NCBI GenBank assembly: GCA_047495785.1 | Contig: JBLDXI010000054.1 | Location: 4,154,001-4,218,000, forward strand | DNA length: 64,000 nt | Direction of reading: 5' to 3' | DNA from: Lepidodermella squamata | Taxonomy: Eukaryota > Animalia > Gastrotricha | Shown: one piece after another, positions 26,673 to 39,993 of the stretch | Layout: every line of letters begins with the position of its first letter | Numbering within the stretch: position 1 is the first letter of the stretch | Translations under genes and position numbers: made by a program | The notes under the pieces: generated by a model | Database searches by the model: none | Seen by the model: the letters and a program-made list of their open reading frames with translations, nothing else | Told to the model about the DNA's origin: nothing

Positions 26673-29226
26673 TCAATGCAACCGTAGTTCTACGACTAAA
26701 GTTTCCTAGGAGAAAAATAAATAATAAATAGCATAAAATCTATATAAAAGCTTCCATTATCTCAGTTTTCCGCGATCTCACAATGCCTTTCATTGAAGTG
26801 TCACTTTTCGTCAATCACTTCGGCAAATTTCGCGAAGCTATACCTCATCAGGCCAACGCCTGGCTAAAGCTGGGGGCCCAGTCACAATAACGACTGCCAA
26901 ATAAGCAATTTTTACATCTTTGGATTCTTATATCCATTATAAAACAATTAGGCAGGACCGAAATATCTGTCAGGGTTTTTAGTCAGTTGAAAAATACAAA
27001 CCACTGTTCATAATAATTCCGTATTTACCGTATTTATATCCCAAGTTCTCTGAATAAATGATATGTACGTGATTTACATTTCTTTAGGAACCATAAGCCT
27101 ACTTTATAAATTAGTAATAAAATCGAAAATAAAGCTGTCAAGTGCGCATAATAAACTCGCAAGTTTACTTAGCGTATTTTGTCAGCCTATTTTCGATTTT
27201 ATTTTGTTTAATCCGTTCAATTTCCCTTTTACCTTAATTCTATTCATGCTTTGTATGCCGGGAAAGCGCATTGTTATCGCAATGTGATGCGCCCGAAGCT
27301 TTATTAAGCGGATGAAAGCGAGAAAGCGAAAAGCATGCTTTCATTCTTTATGAGATTTTTCTCTTTTCGAATGAGAGCCAAGTTGGCTGTTCTTATTTAG
27401 GAGTCAAAATATATATAGAATGCATTCGCCCTGAAATTCTATGGCTGTAGTTAGCTTTGTAGCTTCATTACATGGGCAGAAATTGCATCCAATAGCTAAT
27501 AGCCACGCATAATATTAATTAATTTAGATATAATATGGCGATCGCAACACTCGACTAAAATGCCGCAGCTTAGCAGCAAGTCCAAGAAATTCAACTAGAA
27601 GATTGATATAGTGTGATATGGAATAGTTCGACTTTGTGGAGTTGTGATTTACCAACCAAGTAGCATCTTAAACAAAATAACAAGCCATTTTGCGACGCTA
27701 TGAGGTAGGTAGTTGGCAAAAAAGCTCGCGTTCTATCATTCTAGCAGGTAGCAAATGCCGCGCAAAAAAATCGCATCAAGCCTTTTCGCAATAACGAAAT
27801 TTTATTCATTTGAACCTCATTATTTTCGGGATCGCAGCTTCAACTTAAAATAATACGATTCTATAATATGCTATATACATACGAATATTCTAAGCTTCGC
27901 TGCCTTACTTCAAATGACTCCTTGCTGTGACTAGCTATTGTGTTAACTAATCAAATACGCTTGAGGTCCCACGTAGAAGCATTGCATCAGATCAAAACAT
28001 TTGACGGACTACATGCTAGCCACGGCTTCATCGAGTGCTGAGTATGTATTATCCTAATTTCAAATGTTGATCTCTACGCCAAGACTGCCAAGATCTCTAC
28101 TGCCAAGATACTCGACACTAGCTTTGGCTCTTCGTTAATAGACCACCTCAGCGCAAGTGCAATTGACTGTAGTTGTAGGCACCAGCGCAATGGACCGCAA
28201 CTTCATATCGGTCAAGACCAGACCTCTCTGCCAAAAATCCTCGCTAAGGATTACGCGATTTGCATGATGGCATGATTGCCGCATACAAAGACTACAGCCA
28301 CTCGGAAGAAGTTGGCTCTATGATCTAGACGATGTAACTGACCGAGCTATTCTCTGCGAACGCAATAAGGGTACGGTTGGCTCAGCTTCCAAGGCTGCAA
28401 AGCCAACACGGAAGGTTTAAATGCCGTAATCATCATCAGGTGGATGTCATCGAAATCTCACTGTCATTGAACTACATATCAGTTAACTCACAGTGAAGTT
28501 TGTTTCGATCATTCGATGGGCACGGCCACCCTTCACCCTTTCAGTTCGTCATCGTGCGTGTGGCCTGTGGTGGCCCACCAATTTTCGATTTCGAAAATAC
28601 CGCGCGTAATGAATTTTCAACCATATTTTTATTCTAAAATCGTTAGGTATTAATTATAAATTAAAATTACTTTCAGCAATAATATGCGTTTTGGCGTCAT
28701 TAGCTACGGCGCAAGCCACGCTGCTATCTGGCTCAAGGCTTCCGCTGCCACCTGTTGCTTGCGTGTGAAATAATAGGTCGGGTTCTTTTGCTAACTTTTC
28801 ATGCCAATCATTTTAAAAAGCAGCAGAATGCTCGTATTCATATAACTTCAACTTCATTTCGCAGGAATTCACACGCTCAGTGTTTCGTTGAGACTGAAAC
28901 TCTAATGGACCAAGATGCTCATACAACAAAGAACGAAGTGCGTGGTCCGGAGAGCTCATTAATTGAACAAATGAACGATTGCTTTATTTGTAATTGAAGC
29001 TATTGCGTCTCTTCTCATCATTCTCTTGCCGATGCTCCGAATGAAGATCACCTGTAATTATCGTTAAGAATAGGATTTAGCGCTAACGCATAATTTAGTT
29101 CCAGCTTCATAATTCGGACAACCAAGTGTTTCTTCACTGATGATTGCTCTCCATTATTATTTCATAGAATTTTCATTAAAATCGAAGAAATTTATTAACC
29201 GAACGAAACGGTAGCAGCCTCTCAAA

Positions 29227-29526
29227 ATGGTGATAGTGTCCGTTTTGTTGTTTGATAATGGCTTTTATCAGCGATGTATTTGACAGGCTGGAAAAAAACC
29301 CGCTCATTCGGCTAAGAAAAAGGGCAAGAGGGCCGGAGGGAAGAAGAAGAAGGTAAAGGAGATTGCCGTCCCAAGACGAAACGAAGGACTCAACTCTTTC
29401 ATAGCTGTCCAAAAGGCTTTACAGACAACACACAATGCACCTCAGGCTCTAGATTTCGCTGGATTCAAGTGGCCAAATGCGCCCAAAGGCAAGAAAAAGA
29501 AGGGTGGAAAGAAAAAGAAAAAGTAA
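29227..29526 (+). CDS. SMKR1: Small lysine-rich protein 1-like (80 aa); exon 1 coding part is ATG only (29227-29229), exon 2 29287-29526
   Basis: M|AGKKPAHSAKKKGKRAGGKKKK...THNAPQALDFAGFKWPNAPKGKKKKGGKKKKK*. HN..xxL..GFxWPxAPKGKK is the SMKR1 signature. 57-nt GT-AG intron. Confidence 0.75.
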
Positions 29527-30304
29527 TTCCTCAGATTCGTCAATCTTGTCGATCACGTGCAAGTGGCAACCTGAATGGTTCCATGATCGTCGATGGTTAC
29601 ATAATTTCTTCCAATACTAAAACCGCGTATTTTTATTCTTTATAATTATGTTGTTCCATGCTTGATCATGACGAACTTTTTTGTTGTAAGTAAAGAATGC
29701 AGATTGTTTACAGAGCGCAGGGACCTATCTGATTTATGTTAACTAGGTGTTGATATGTAAACTATTTTTAGACAACATAACACTCCGAATACAAAGATGC
29801 AAAGAAGAACGATCAAAGATGCGATAGCGAGTCCGATCGCTGCTTGTTCTAGAGTTGTGACTAGAATTATAACAGCTGTAAAGTTTTCTTTACGGTAAAC
29901 GGTAAACCAGGCTTACATTGCTTGATTTCTCGCGATACACGGTGAAGAAATGTCGGCGCGTTTGCTATGTCTGACGAGTGGCCGTTGGCGGTTGCAGTTG
30001 TGTGTCTATCAAAAGTTACATTCAAGTTTCATTTTTTGCTCTGCGTTAGCAATTTCATACCGAATAGCTATAACAGAATATAAAAGAGAGACATATATTA
30101 ATGCATTCATATTTCAAGGTAATAATGCACCATCATATTAATTGTTCAAATGGTTTGCGGGCACACTGTGACTAACGCAATTGTTATTGTCAACTGAGTG
30201 CTTGTTTGTTAGCAGCTTTGAAAACTACCATGTATCGCAACGGATATTAGTGGCATGTTACACAGTTCCAACAATTTACGGTGTTGCGCGGCTAATGCTC
30301 AAAA

Positions 30305-30640
30305 ATGATGCTTTGGTTTTATGCGTCGTTGGTGCTTACTTTGTTTGCAACAGCTTCGAACGGCGAGGGCACGTTTTATGGAAAACAAGGTAAAGTCTGC
30401 GCCAATCAACTACTATCGAATGCGTTACATTCCAATATATTTACCAGAAGAACTCACTATTGAGAGTGGGGGCTTGGCAGCAACTATAATTCTTGGAATT
30501 CTTTTAGCAATACTTGTTTTTTCACTACGTAAGGAAACAAATTTTAAATGAAAGATGTGTCAATACTTTTTAACTGATTTCTCATAGTGACTGTTTTCAT
30601 TTTGCTGGCAACTGGACAACTGGTATGCTCAACCTCGTAA
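30305..30640 (+). CDS. Putative 72-aa signal-peptide + single-TM microprotein; exons 30305-30389, 30448-30528, 30588-30640
   Basis: MMLWFYASLVLTLFATASNGEGTFYGKQ-EELTIESGGLAATIILGILLAILVFSL-LTVFILLATGQLVCSTS*. Two phase-1 introns of 58 and 59 nt with gtaaag/gtaagg donors. Confidence 0.65.
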
Positions 30641-31215
30641 AAACAAGTCAGACGAATCATAATTCGCTTTTTTACTGATCTTATCTCCGTTGTGCATCAG
30701 AATTTCGGTCATGATACAAATTCTACAATTTATAACAACATATAATATCATCATATAATTTTTGAAAAAGCATTAAATTTCCGGCTGTTATTAGATAGCG
30801 TTTTGCTCTCATCAGATCCTTTCTTCCTCAGCAGTTGAATCAACTAGAACGAGAGGCACCAAGTGAAATGCGGATAGAAACATATCATCTTGCGCGAGGA
30901 GTCATCGCTTCATAGGCGGCGTTCAGAATTAGACATCAGATGAAGATGACAGTAAGTAAAATGAAGTTGCATTTATGCTATTTACAGTCAACAGGTGAGT
31001 TATTCAATCAATGCATAAAAAACATAGAAAAAAGCGGCCGTAGAAAATATTGCAGTAGCATCAGCTCATCAAAGGTTTCAGCCGACCGAACGAATTTACA
31101 ATGCAATAATATTATAGATATCATAACTTTAACATGGAGCATTGAGATTATCATTTTTTATCAACAATAGTATTCAGGAATTTGTTAAATACTATTTTTG
31201 TACTTGAGTGAGTTT

Positions 31216-34200
31216 TTAACACCGTTTAGTTTTGCCTGAAGAATGCTTGCGATCCTTCGGAGGCCGTCTCGCGTCGCCTGGTGTCGCGAGTGTCGACGGC
31301 ATACCGCCCGAGTAGGGAGGGGGCACGGGTGGCGGCACGTGACCTGCCGGGGTCGCCGGTGGGGAAGATGCAGGGGTGGACGCATGAACAGGTAGCAGTA
31401 GGACGAGTTGCGACGCCGTAGACGAGAAAAGACCCGATGCGCGACGGTACTCTTGATGCGCTGCCGATTCGGTGGGCAATGATGTCGATGAGACCCACGA
31501 ATCTTCGACTACTTTGGCCGGTTGGTTGTACGCCGCGCTCACCGGCTGACCTTCACCGCTGTTACCGGTGCCGGTACTCATAGAGGTACCGGCCGAGGAT
31601 GATAAGGACCCTGAGGCGACGCACGACAGGCCCGTCATGCCGCCAACTGCCACAGGCAACGAAACCTTGCCCTTGACGGCGATTGGAGCAGCGGCGTGTT
31701 GCCAGTGTTGTTGCGGCATCGGCGCCGGCGCCATCGAGTGGACACGAACTGGTTTGGGCCGAGCAGAAGGCTCGTCAGTCACAACCCCGACCATAGGTGG
31801 GGGCGGAAGCACAACATTGCTGCTGTGGCGACGTTTGGCGAACGACGACGCGCTAGATGGCTTGCGCGAACCGCCGGCGCCTGCCATTTTAGCTTTGGCC
31901 GCCAAGTCAGGTCGCGTGCCGATAGGCCCAAACAAGGCAAGAAAGACAGGCAGCACGATCATAGCGTGAAGCGAGGATAGGACGATGCAAATGAACAAGG
32001 TCTTGAAAAAAGTGCGGAAGATGTACGCCTCCGTCGTAGCCATGGCCATGATCGACAGCGTAGTAGCGCAGCCGGCCTGTACGACCGTGAGGCCCAAGTC
32101 GCAAATGGCTTCGACGGTCTTCTCGCGTCGCGACTCGTGCTCGGAGATGACGTAGGCGTGCATGAGATGGGTGGCGTAGTCGACGCAGTAACCGACGCAG
32201 ATGATGATGCATACCATGGAAATTGAGTCGAGATCAACCGACCAGAACGACATGAGGCCGAAAATGCCGACGATAATCGAAAGAATGGTCATGAACAGCC
32301 AGAAAATGCACACCGGATGCACGATCATGAACATAGATGCAATAATGACGGAGGCGATGGCGATGAGGATGTTGTAGATGGTGAGTGGCAGCACAGTGAT
32401 GTACTGGTCGTAGAAGACGAACTCTTGGTTGTAGGCGAAGACGCCGAGTTGTGGGTACGAGTCGGCGACTTCACGCGCCCTTGTCATAATGAGGCGCTCG
32501 CGGTTCGAGTCGATGACGTCGCGAGACACAACGACGCCGCGAGACGCCAGGATTCGCGTTCCCGTCTCGTCGAATCGAATGTCATCCTCGTACTTTTTGT
32601 ATTTAGAATGGCGCAGAAACTTGCAGCGTAGGATGTTTACAAAATAGGTTAGATCGAGGCGTTCGCTCGTCGGCGACAGCACGTCCGTCACGTTGCGCAG
32701 GTACGCCACGTAGTCGCGCAGCCAGAATTCGGTGATATGCTCGCCCCAAAATAGATCATTGCTTGAAGATTCAAGTTTCGTAAACATTTCGAGCGCATCC
32801 CTTTGTACGATTGGATCGGAGTAGTCTAGCTGCTGGTTGTGCAGGAACACGAGAGAGACAGACTGGCCGTAGTGGCGAAAGTAACGCCTCAACGCGTGGA
32901 AATATCGAACCGATACAGAGTTGTCTGGCGCCAGGTGCTCCATGCGCAAACCTTCGTGTATCTGCGACGCGCCATACAATGACAGCCCTATGTAGACGAC
33001 GAAGGCAACTAAAACGCAAATCCTGCCGGGCACGGACAACAAAGCCGGTGCATAGACATGTTTGAAAAAATAATACGCCTTGCTGTTGCCATGGTCTTCG
33101 TCACGCATTTCGAACTCGACTTCTTCTTCCTTGGTTTTGACTGGTTCAGGCGCAATGCTCTCTTCAACGCCGCCAGATACAGGTTGCTTCTCCGAGACAA
33201 GAGCGTCGCGGCTGGGCGATGCCGGCGGGGTGTAGCCGCCCGAGCACATGATCATGTAGCACGTTGAGCGGTCGTTGGCGAACGCTGATGAGCGAGGTTC
33301 AGCGCGCGTGCAACACAGCAGCGAGTGGCGATTCGCAGCTTCGGCGTGGCCGAACAGCGCGAGACACCCGGCGAAGAAGCTCATTTGCAGGAAAAAGTCG
33401 AAGAACATGGCAGCTGTCGTAACTTTTGAAAAGATCTGGATTCCTATTGAGAAAAAAACATAAATTCGAACATTATATTCATATTCCGGCTAATTTTAGA
33501 AAACCAAGATTAACTTTTGAAAACAGTGCAAGCCTTTAGATCAATAGGGGGTTCCTGAACAGATGAAAACTTCTATACAGCTAGCTACATTCTGGGGACA
33601 TTAACCCACAATTTTCTGAAAAAATCCAAGCAGTTTAGGGCTTCAAAATTTAAATACAAAGCTAGAACATCAATTTTCGAGACTTTCAAAGGCGAAGAAT
33701 TATAACGATGTGTTTTACCTGGATATGGCATGTAACTGCCGATGATGAAAGACAGGACGTTGACGAAGGAGGTGATGGTGATCGACGTGCCAGCGTCCTC
33801 CATCGTCAGCTTCATGCGCTTCTCGACGGAGAGGCGCGGGTTCGTGCGGTTCCAAGCGCCCATCAGCACAAACATGTCGTCGATGCCGATGCCAAGCGTC
33901 AGGAACGGCGTAACAGTAGATAGAGTGATGAACGGCACACCGATCCAGCCGGAGAAGCCGAAAGCTGCAGCAGTCGCCAAGCCAGTTGATAGAATGCCGA
34001 GCATTCCGAGCCAAGGCTTCGAACGTACCATGTCGTTAGAGATGCACAGCACCATGGAGAACAGAATCAACGCGGCGAGAGCGAGGCCGAATTTCGGCAG
34101 CAGGCGCATTGTAATATTTTTAATCTCGGTCTCAACTACGCTAGCCGAGTAGGGAAACACTTCGAAGTACGGGTCGTTCAAATTCGTCAGTAGCCGTGAA

Positions 34201-34976
34201 AACGCAATCTCCCAGTTCATATTCGCTACTTGGTCTTCACTTCCACCGAGGCAGTAGTACAACTGAGCAGCTTCTATCCAAGTTATGCGATTATCTTCGC
34301 CCTCGGTTCGAACACCGCCGATAAAAGGTCCGATGAAAATGTTCATGAAGTAAGGATAGGTTCCACCATAGAGCAAACCGAGTGGATTGACTCGCTTCGA
34401 CATTGTGGCTGAAAGGCATTCTTTAGTCGTTGAGCTACGTTCGCACAGCGTCTCGTAGGTTTCCTCGAGTTTTCCCTTTTTATTTCGAACTTTGAATTCG
34501 GTAAGGCGGCGGTCGAGCTCGGATATACGAAAGAAAGCCTTGGTATCAAAGAGATTTACCCCCGGCCTGGCGATGATGAGCGCATGGGCGAACCGGCATT
34601 TCGTACTCTGTCGCTGCACGTCGGAGCCTAGCGGTGTGGAAGCCTGGCTGCTGTTGTCAGCGCCGAGCAGGGACGTTGGCACCCGATCGCAGGCCTGAAC
34701 GGCAAGCTGGGATGCGATTGGCAGGCCGTTGAATTTGTACATGGCTTCACGGTCGTATTTGGCTCGGCCGTCGTCGGGCGTGAACAGGTACTCGGCGTTC
34801 GAGTACATTTCCAGCTTGTGAATGCCGGCTGCCGAGGTGAGGGCGACGATCAGCGGTAGTGCGATAAAAAAGTAAGGGAAACGGCTGACCAGTCGGCCGT
34901 AATGTGAAAACATGAACGCGAACGCTCGCTCGGCGCAATTGTAAGCAATCGTGCACCGACATGACATGAACGACAC
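31216..34976 (-). CDS. Patched-related (Ptr/PTCHD3-like) RND/sterol-sensing-domain membrane protein; main intron ~33716-33446
   Basis: SSD with SKPWLGMLG and GIGIDDMFVL. Second half with DLDSISM and GYCVDYATH. Multi-pass TM pattern and long Pro/Ser C-tail. Confidence 0.92.
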
Positions 34977-37166
34977 GGTGAGAACACTAAAAACAAAAGA
35001 AAAAAAGAACTCTTAGTTTTATCATTTTTTATCGCCCGATTAATTTCAATTTTAATGAAAAATTTTAATCTATCTATTTCTATAAATTCAAAAATTTCAA
35101 ATTTCTTTTTTTTTAAATAATTCTGAAAACAATTTCTATTTCAGAGTGGGAGATTTGAAAGAAATATCGGTAAAGAATTACGATAAATTATGAATCTAAA
35201 AATCATACTTGTTTCTCACCGCACACCCAAACGGCATTTCGATCGATTAAAATTAATAAAACAAAACACCGCTCGTGTCCTTGATTGTTCTGATTTGCGG
35301 TGGGTTAAGTAAAAAAATTGATTTTTCAACAATTGTCGGTAAGATCAGCTAAGAATTAGTTTGTGTAACTTTCAGTAATAAATTCAATCGAAAATTTTGA
35401 AACTATGAAAACAGTCGCGTGTCAGCTTCACCAAGTCGCGTGCTGGAGCAACTCGGCGCCTTGCTCATCCAGCATCATCTGATTTCACGAGCGCGAGAAG
35501 CCACGCAACACACGTGATGTTCGCCTTCTCTATCTCCTGAGCTATTTTACTTTGCGACCAATAAGGTGCAAAGGTAAAAACGTAATTTATATAAAGCGAA
35601 AAAAAATAATGCATGCATTAGGCTTGGAGTCTATTCCTGTCATGTCTATTCCGCCAATATAATAAGGGCAATTATCTTAGAATTGAAAACTTACGCCATT
35701 TACACAGCCGCCAATTGAAAAAGGTACAAAATGAAGCAGCCAGGAACTGTTAACCGTTGGACATTGCGTTTGATCACGTGAAAAAGATTCCTAAGTCAAG
35801 AAAAAAACAGGTAAGTCGAATGGACTTTTGCGGTCGGTAAATAATTGAGGTGGATGAGAATAAAGCGGAAATAGACCGGAAGAGAGGTGGAGTGCAGTGT
35901 CGCCGAAGTCGTGGCTTCTCAAGTAACCTTTAGCCGATTGCGTGCGCCGCTGAAGCCGACTCACAATCGTGCGCAATTGTACACAATGGCCGCGCCCGAG
36001 CCTCTTGTATTTTGTTATGCCAACACGGCTGAACGGTAACGCGACCGTGCTCGCTGAGAGAGTGCTCATCGCGCGTAATCCCGCCCGCAGTGCAAATTGT
36101 GAGAGAGACGTATGCTTCGTCGCCCTCGTTCCCGTTCGTTCCCGCCGACTGTCGTTGTCGCTGTCGTCACCAGCAAAGAACCGCTCATCCCGCCCCACTG
36201 CTACCAATACCTATGATTCTGCTGTCGTGCGGTGTGTGGTTGCCGTTATTGTTGCTGTGCGAGGCACGAAACCGCAAACATTCAACGCTAAAACAAAGCC
36301 TGTAATCCGTCGAAGTAGGCGGTCAGTCTGAAACAGAGACGCGGAACGCACGTTATTTTCGGCGGCGATGGGCGTGTTTTTCCACAATAACAGGCGCTGA
36401 TGATACCCACCTCTGCTCATCCACTACCTTGATAATGATAACGATTACCAAATAAATGTTGTGCGCCTTCGCTCAAGTAGCGAAAAACAAAAACGGCGCG
36501 CGCCCATACACGGCAAAAATACGACGTCACGAGATAATAAGTAATCACGGCTTCTTAATTAGGCCGATTTGTCTCCTATAGGTAATGGTAATTATTATGC
36601 TAGGAAGCAGGCGTGTTTACAGCTGCGCAGCAACTGCCGCAAGTGAGTTCATCCGCAGCGCTGGCCTAATATTGTGTGCGTATAGAAAATGCGGGAATGC
36701 CAGGTCACGACAATGCATTCCGTGTCTGTCTCTTTCTCTGGCTCCGTGCTTATAAAAACAATATTAGGCTGGATTCGCCCACTCACCGTGCCTGCCTGCT
36801 TTTGTTTGCACCGCCGTCTTCTTGGCTATGTTACATAACTCGGACTGCTGCTAGCGTACCAATAATGGCGCGCCCGGTCATCCTAGCGCCCGCTTGTTGC
36901 CGGTAGTCGCGCGCGTCAAGAGCCTCAGTCGCACATTTGCAATGCAAAAGCGTCTGTTGCTCTTGTGGTCAACGCGACAATCGGCGGCAAACACGAGATC
37001 AAAACACACACCGGCGAATCAATCCAAATCACCTGAGAATTTACTGACAAATGCGGACTCAGCAGTCGACAATAAGATAGATAGATACATAGATAGTGTT
37101 CACAGCAGATCACCGTCATTAAAAAAGAAACACAACTTAAGAGTGTGTCACATTTCAGAGTCATCA

Positions 37167-39775
37167 CTATTTTTTCTTTGGCGGTGCCGATTTCGCGGCG
37201 GCACGAACGACGTTTGAAACAGCCAGCATGCTACTCTCGATAGCCTGGGCCATCGCGGCGGCGCCGTACTTGTTGTCACCCTTGTAGGCAGTGACGCAAG
37301 TGCCCGCTTCTTCGTCGGTGATACCGTAGCCGAGCCCGAAGCCGTCAGCTACGACCGGTCCGAATCCACCGAGGCTGATGTTGGGACTCGATAGAGTGGA
37401 TGTCGAGATGATAATATGGTTAATGCGCTTGTAGGCAGGGTCGGTGTAGAGGGCCGGAAGCTCGGCTGAACCTTCAGTGAACGACAAAGTTCCTGAATTA
37501 TTCGATTACAAGTAAAACCTTAGTACATATGTTGACAATTAAAACTAAGGAGTATAACTACCGACTACTGGAAAACTAGGGTACAAACCTTTGGAAGCTG
37601 AATCGTTGCGTTTAGCTTCAATACCCATTTCCGCAAGGACACGAAGTGCCATTAGATGGCGATCCCACCCGTGACCCATGGCGGCTTCCTTCGTCAGTTG
37701 GCTGTGCTTGCTGGAGCACTTGCGAATAGCGTCAATCATCGCCTGTGAAACAGCCGAAGCATCCGACGTGCCGATCAATTCACAGGCTGTCCGAGTTTCT
37801 TGCGTCGCCGATCTAATGGTCTCAGTTCGGCCGTGACGGAACGCGGCAGTCGAGCAAGATTCGTAGGTTGGAGCCACCTGGCCGCCTGATAACCGGTAGT
37901 ACGCCAGTTGCAGCGACAACTGCAACACTGAATCTGGCGACAGACTAGCCGCCTTAATATCACCGCGAACAAGCCGCGGCTGCCTAGCAACGCTCACTTC
38001 GAACTTAGCCAATTTCGCATCCAGATCAGCCTTGGCCTTCTTCAACGTATCTTCGACCCGGGCATCGAGGTTGAACTCGAGCCGCTTCACACCTTCTGGC
38101 GCCTTATTCGAACTCTTTACAGAGGACAGTGAAACGGCCGGCTTTTCGGTTGAATCGCCTCGTACTTCGTTCATGTAACGAAGCACAGCGATGCCATCAC
38201 CCCATGAATGTTCGAAATTAACAGCGGCTTGCGCATCAGGAGTAACAACCAACTGAAAGAACAACAATAAGAGTTAAACATTTTAACGAATAATTATTTC
38301 GTGTTTGAAGCGTCTAAATAATGATGATTTCAAGTTTCTGGACCGATTTTTCGGTCTCTTTGTAGCAAAACCCAATTTCTACCCGATGATATGGACAAAG
38401 ACCCTGTCAATCAGTGCGCTAATAGGGCCATTTTAGGCTAGTTTTTTTTATGATATTTAGGACAAGCAGGTAAAAATGTTGAATGAAGTATCGAACCTGA
38501 AAGCATTTGTCGAACCAGCGATGGGCTGGGTCCCCGACCAAAAACTGAGTGACAGTGCTTGGGATGTCACCTGGCGACGTCGAGTCGAGGCAAACAGCGA
38601 AAAGCGCTGTATCGATGGCCTGCAATGTTGGCTCGTTCCCAAGATTCTTCGACATGTGTTGCCGAACATCGGCCCACACATCTCGGTCCATCGACGTCAG
38701 CAGGCCAAGAGGCAACGACGCCGCCTTTTCGTCAACCGGCAACGAAGCAATGTGCTTCAAATTGGCGTAGATGTGGTGCGGGTCGACAATGTGGCCGTCG
38801 GGGTCGTACACGTCAAACGTGTAGAATTGACCATTTCGAATGACAACAACGTGACGGGCGTTCGGTTGTGACGTCAATTCGTCGCGGTCTTTCATGGGAA
38901 TGCGGGTCGACGCGAACAGGCGGGGATACTGCGACATATCCAGCGGGAAGGCTTTGTGCAGATACGCCATGAACCAGGCCATGCGATCGGGCACGAACTT
39001 GATGATGTTGCGGAATCGCGGCGTGTCGGATAGCGACTCATCCATGTGATAGATGTCTGGGTCCAGGCAGTTCTGCTGGTGGGCGTTTCGAAACCGCAGC
39101 GATGACACGATGAGATTCGTCGCCCTCACCAACTGGTCGCGGTACTCGGGTCGGGTATCGCATTTCATTTGGATGAACGGGTTGTAGTTGAACACAATCG
39201 GGGTGCGAGCTTTCAGGTAAGCGTCGTACCAGAAATCAGCAATATAACTGGTGTGTTTATTTTGTTTATCGCGCTGTCGCAGCGCCTTGTCGAGACTCGG
39301 ACCAACTGAGCTTTCAAACTTCCTCACCACTGATTCGGTGTACAGGTACTCGGGCGATGTTGCGGTGAATAAAGCCTTCTGCGAGTCCAGGTATCTTTCA
39401 AGAGTCTGCTGCAACTTTGGAATGGGCAACCGCGGCAAGCTTTGCTGGAATTTATCTGAAAATTCGCAACAAATTTGAATGAAATTGGGTAGTTGAGTGC
39501 TATTTTCTTCCAATAAATGGTTGTGCGGAGTCCAAAAATTATAACACAGGATATTAAATTCCCAAAATTCCCACAAGAGTAACTGACCAGTTCGTAAGAT
39601 GCTGACATGGATTGGTTCCTTGGATCTGGCGGAGGAAGTGTGCCTGTATCAGAAAGATGTCAATGCCTTATTCTATGAGCCAAATCCAGTCTACTTACAA
39701 GCCATAGCATTGAGTGATTCCTACTGGAACTCGCCCGCTGGCCAGGCTTTGTCTCAAACAGTAGGCTTTAATCAT
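37167..39775 (-). CDS. CPT2: Carnitine O-palmitoyltransferase 2, mitochondrial
   Basis: Presequence-like exon [16 protein letters not shown]. Motifs [76 protein letters not shown]. Confidence 0.95.
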
Positions 39776-39789
39776 CGCGAACGAGAATT

Positions 39790-39861
39790 CTATGAGCAAC
39801 AAAAAACCAAGAACTATGAGTCAAAAGAAAACAAAATAATTTTCTCATTTTTTTATTTATT
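39790..39861 (-). promoter_or_regulatory. RPS14 poly(A) signals followed by a U-rich tract and an unpaired 3' splice acceptor 14 nt before the CPT2 ATG
   Basis: Minus strand: AATAAATAAA (39861-39852)...ttttgttttcttttg...ttttttgttgctcatAG (39791-39790)|AATTCTCGTTCGCG ATG. No consensus donor lies between. Confidence 0.6.
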
Positions 39862-39993
39862 TGTTGCGACAATTTTTCACAGTCGGGCACTTCTCATATC
39901 ATCGCACTTCATCAGCAGCATACAGCCGAGAACTATTCTAGCACTCGCATTTCTTATAATTTCTAGCAATACGCCAATAGCAAGGCGTAATGC

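Noticed and set aside
27900-28500. Possible degraded coding or transposon sequence with short internal duplications
   Set aside because: No recognisable motif in the frames I examined.
35791-37160. Several 70-140 aa ORFs upstream of the Patched-related gene
   Set aside because: No family signal. Consistent with GC-rich 5'UTR or cis-regulatory sequence.
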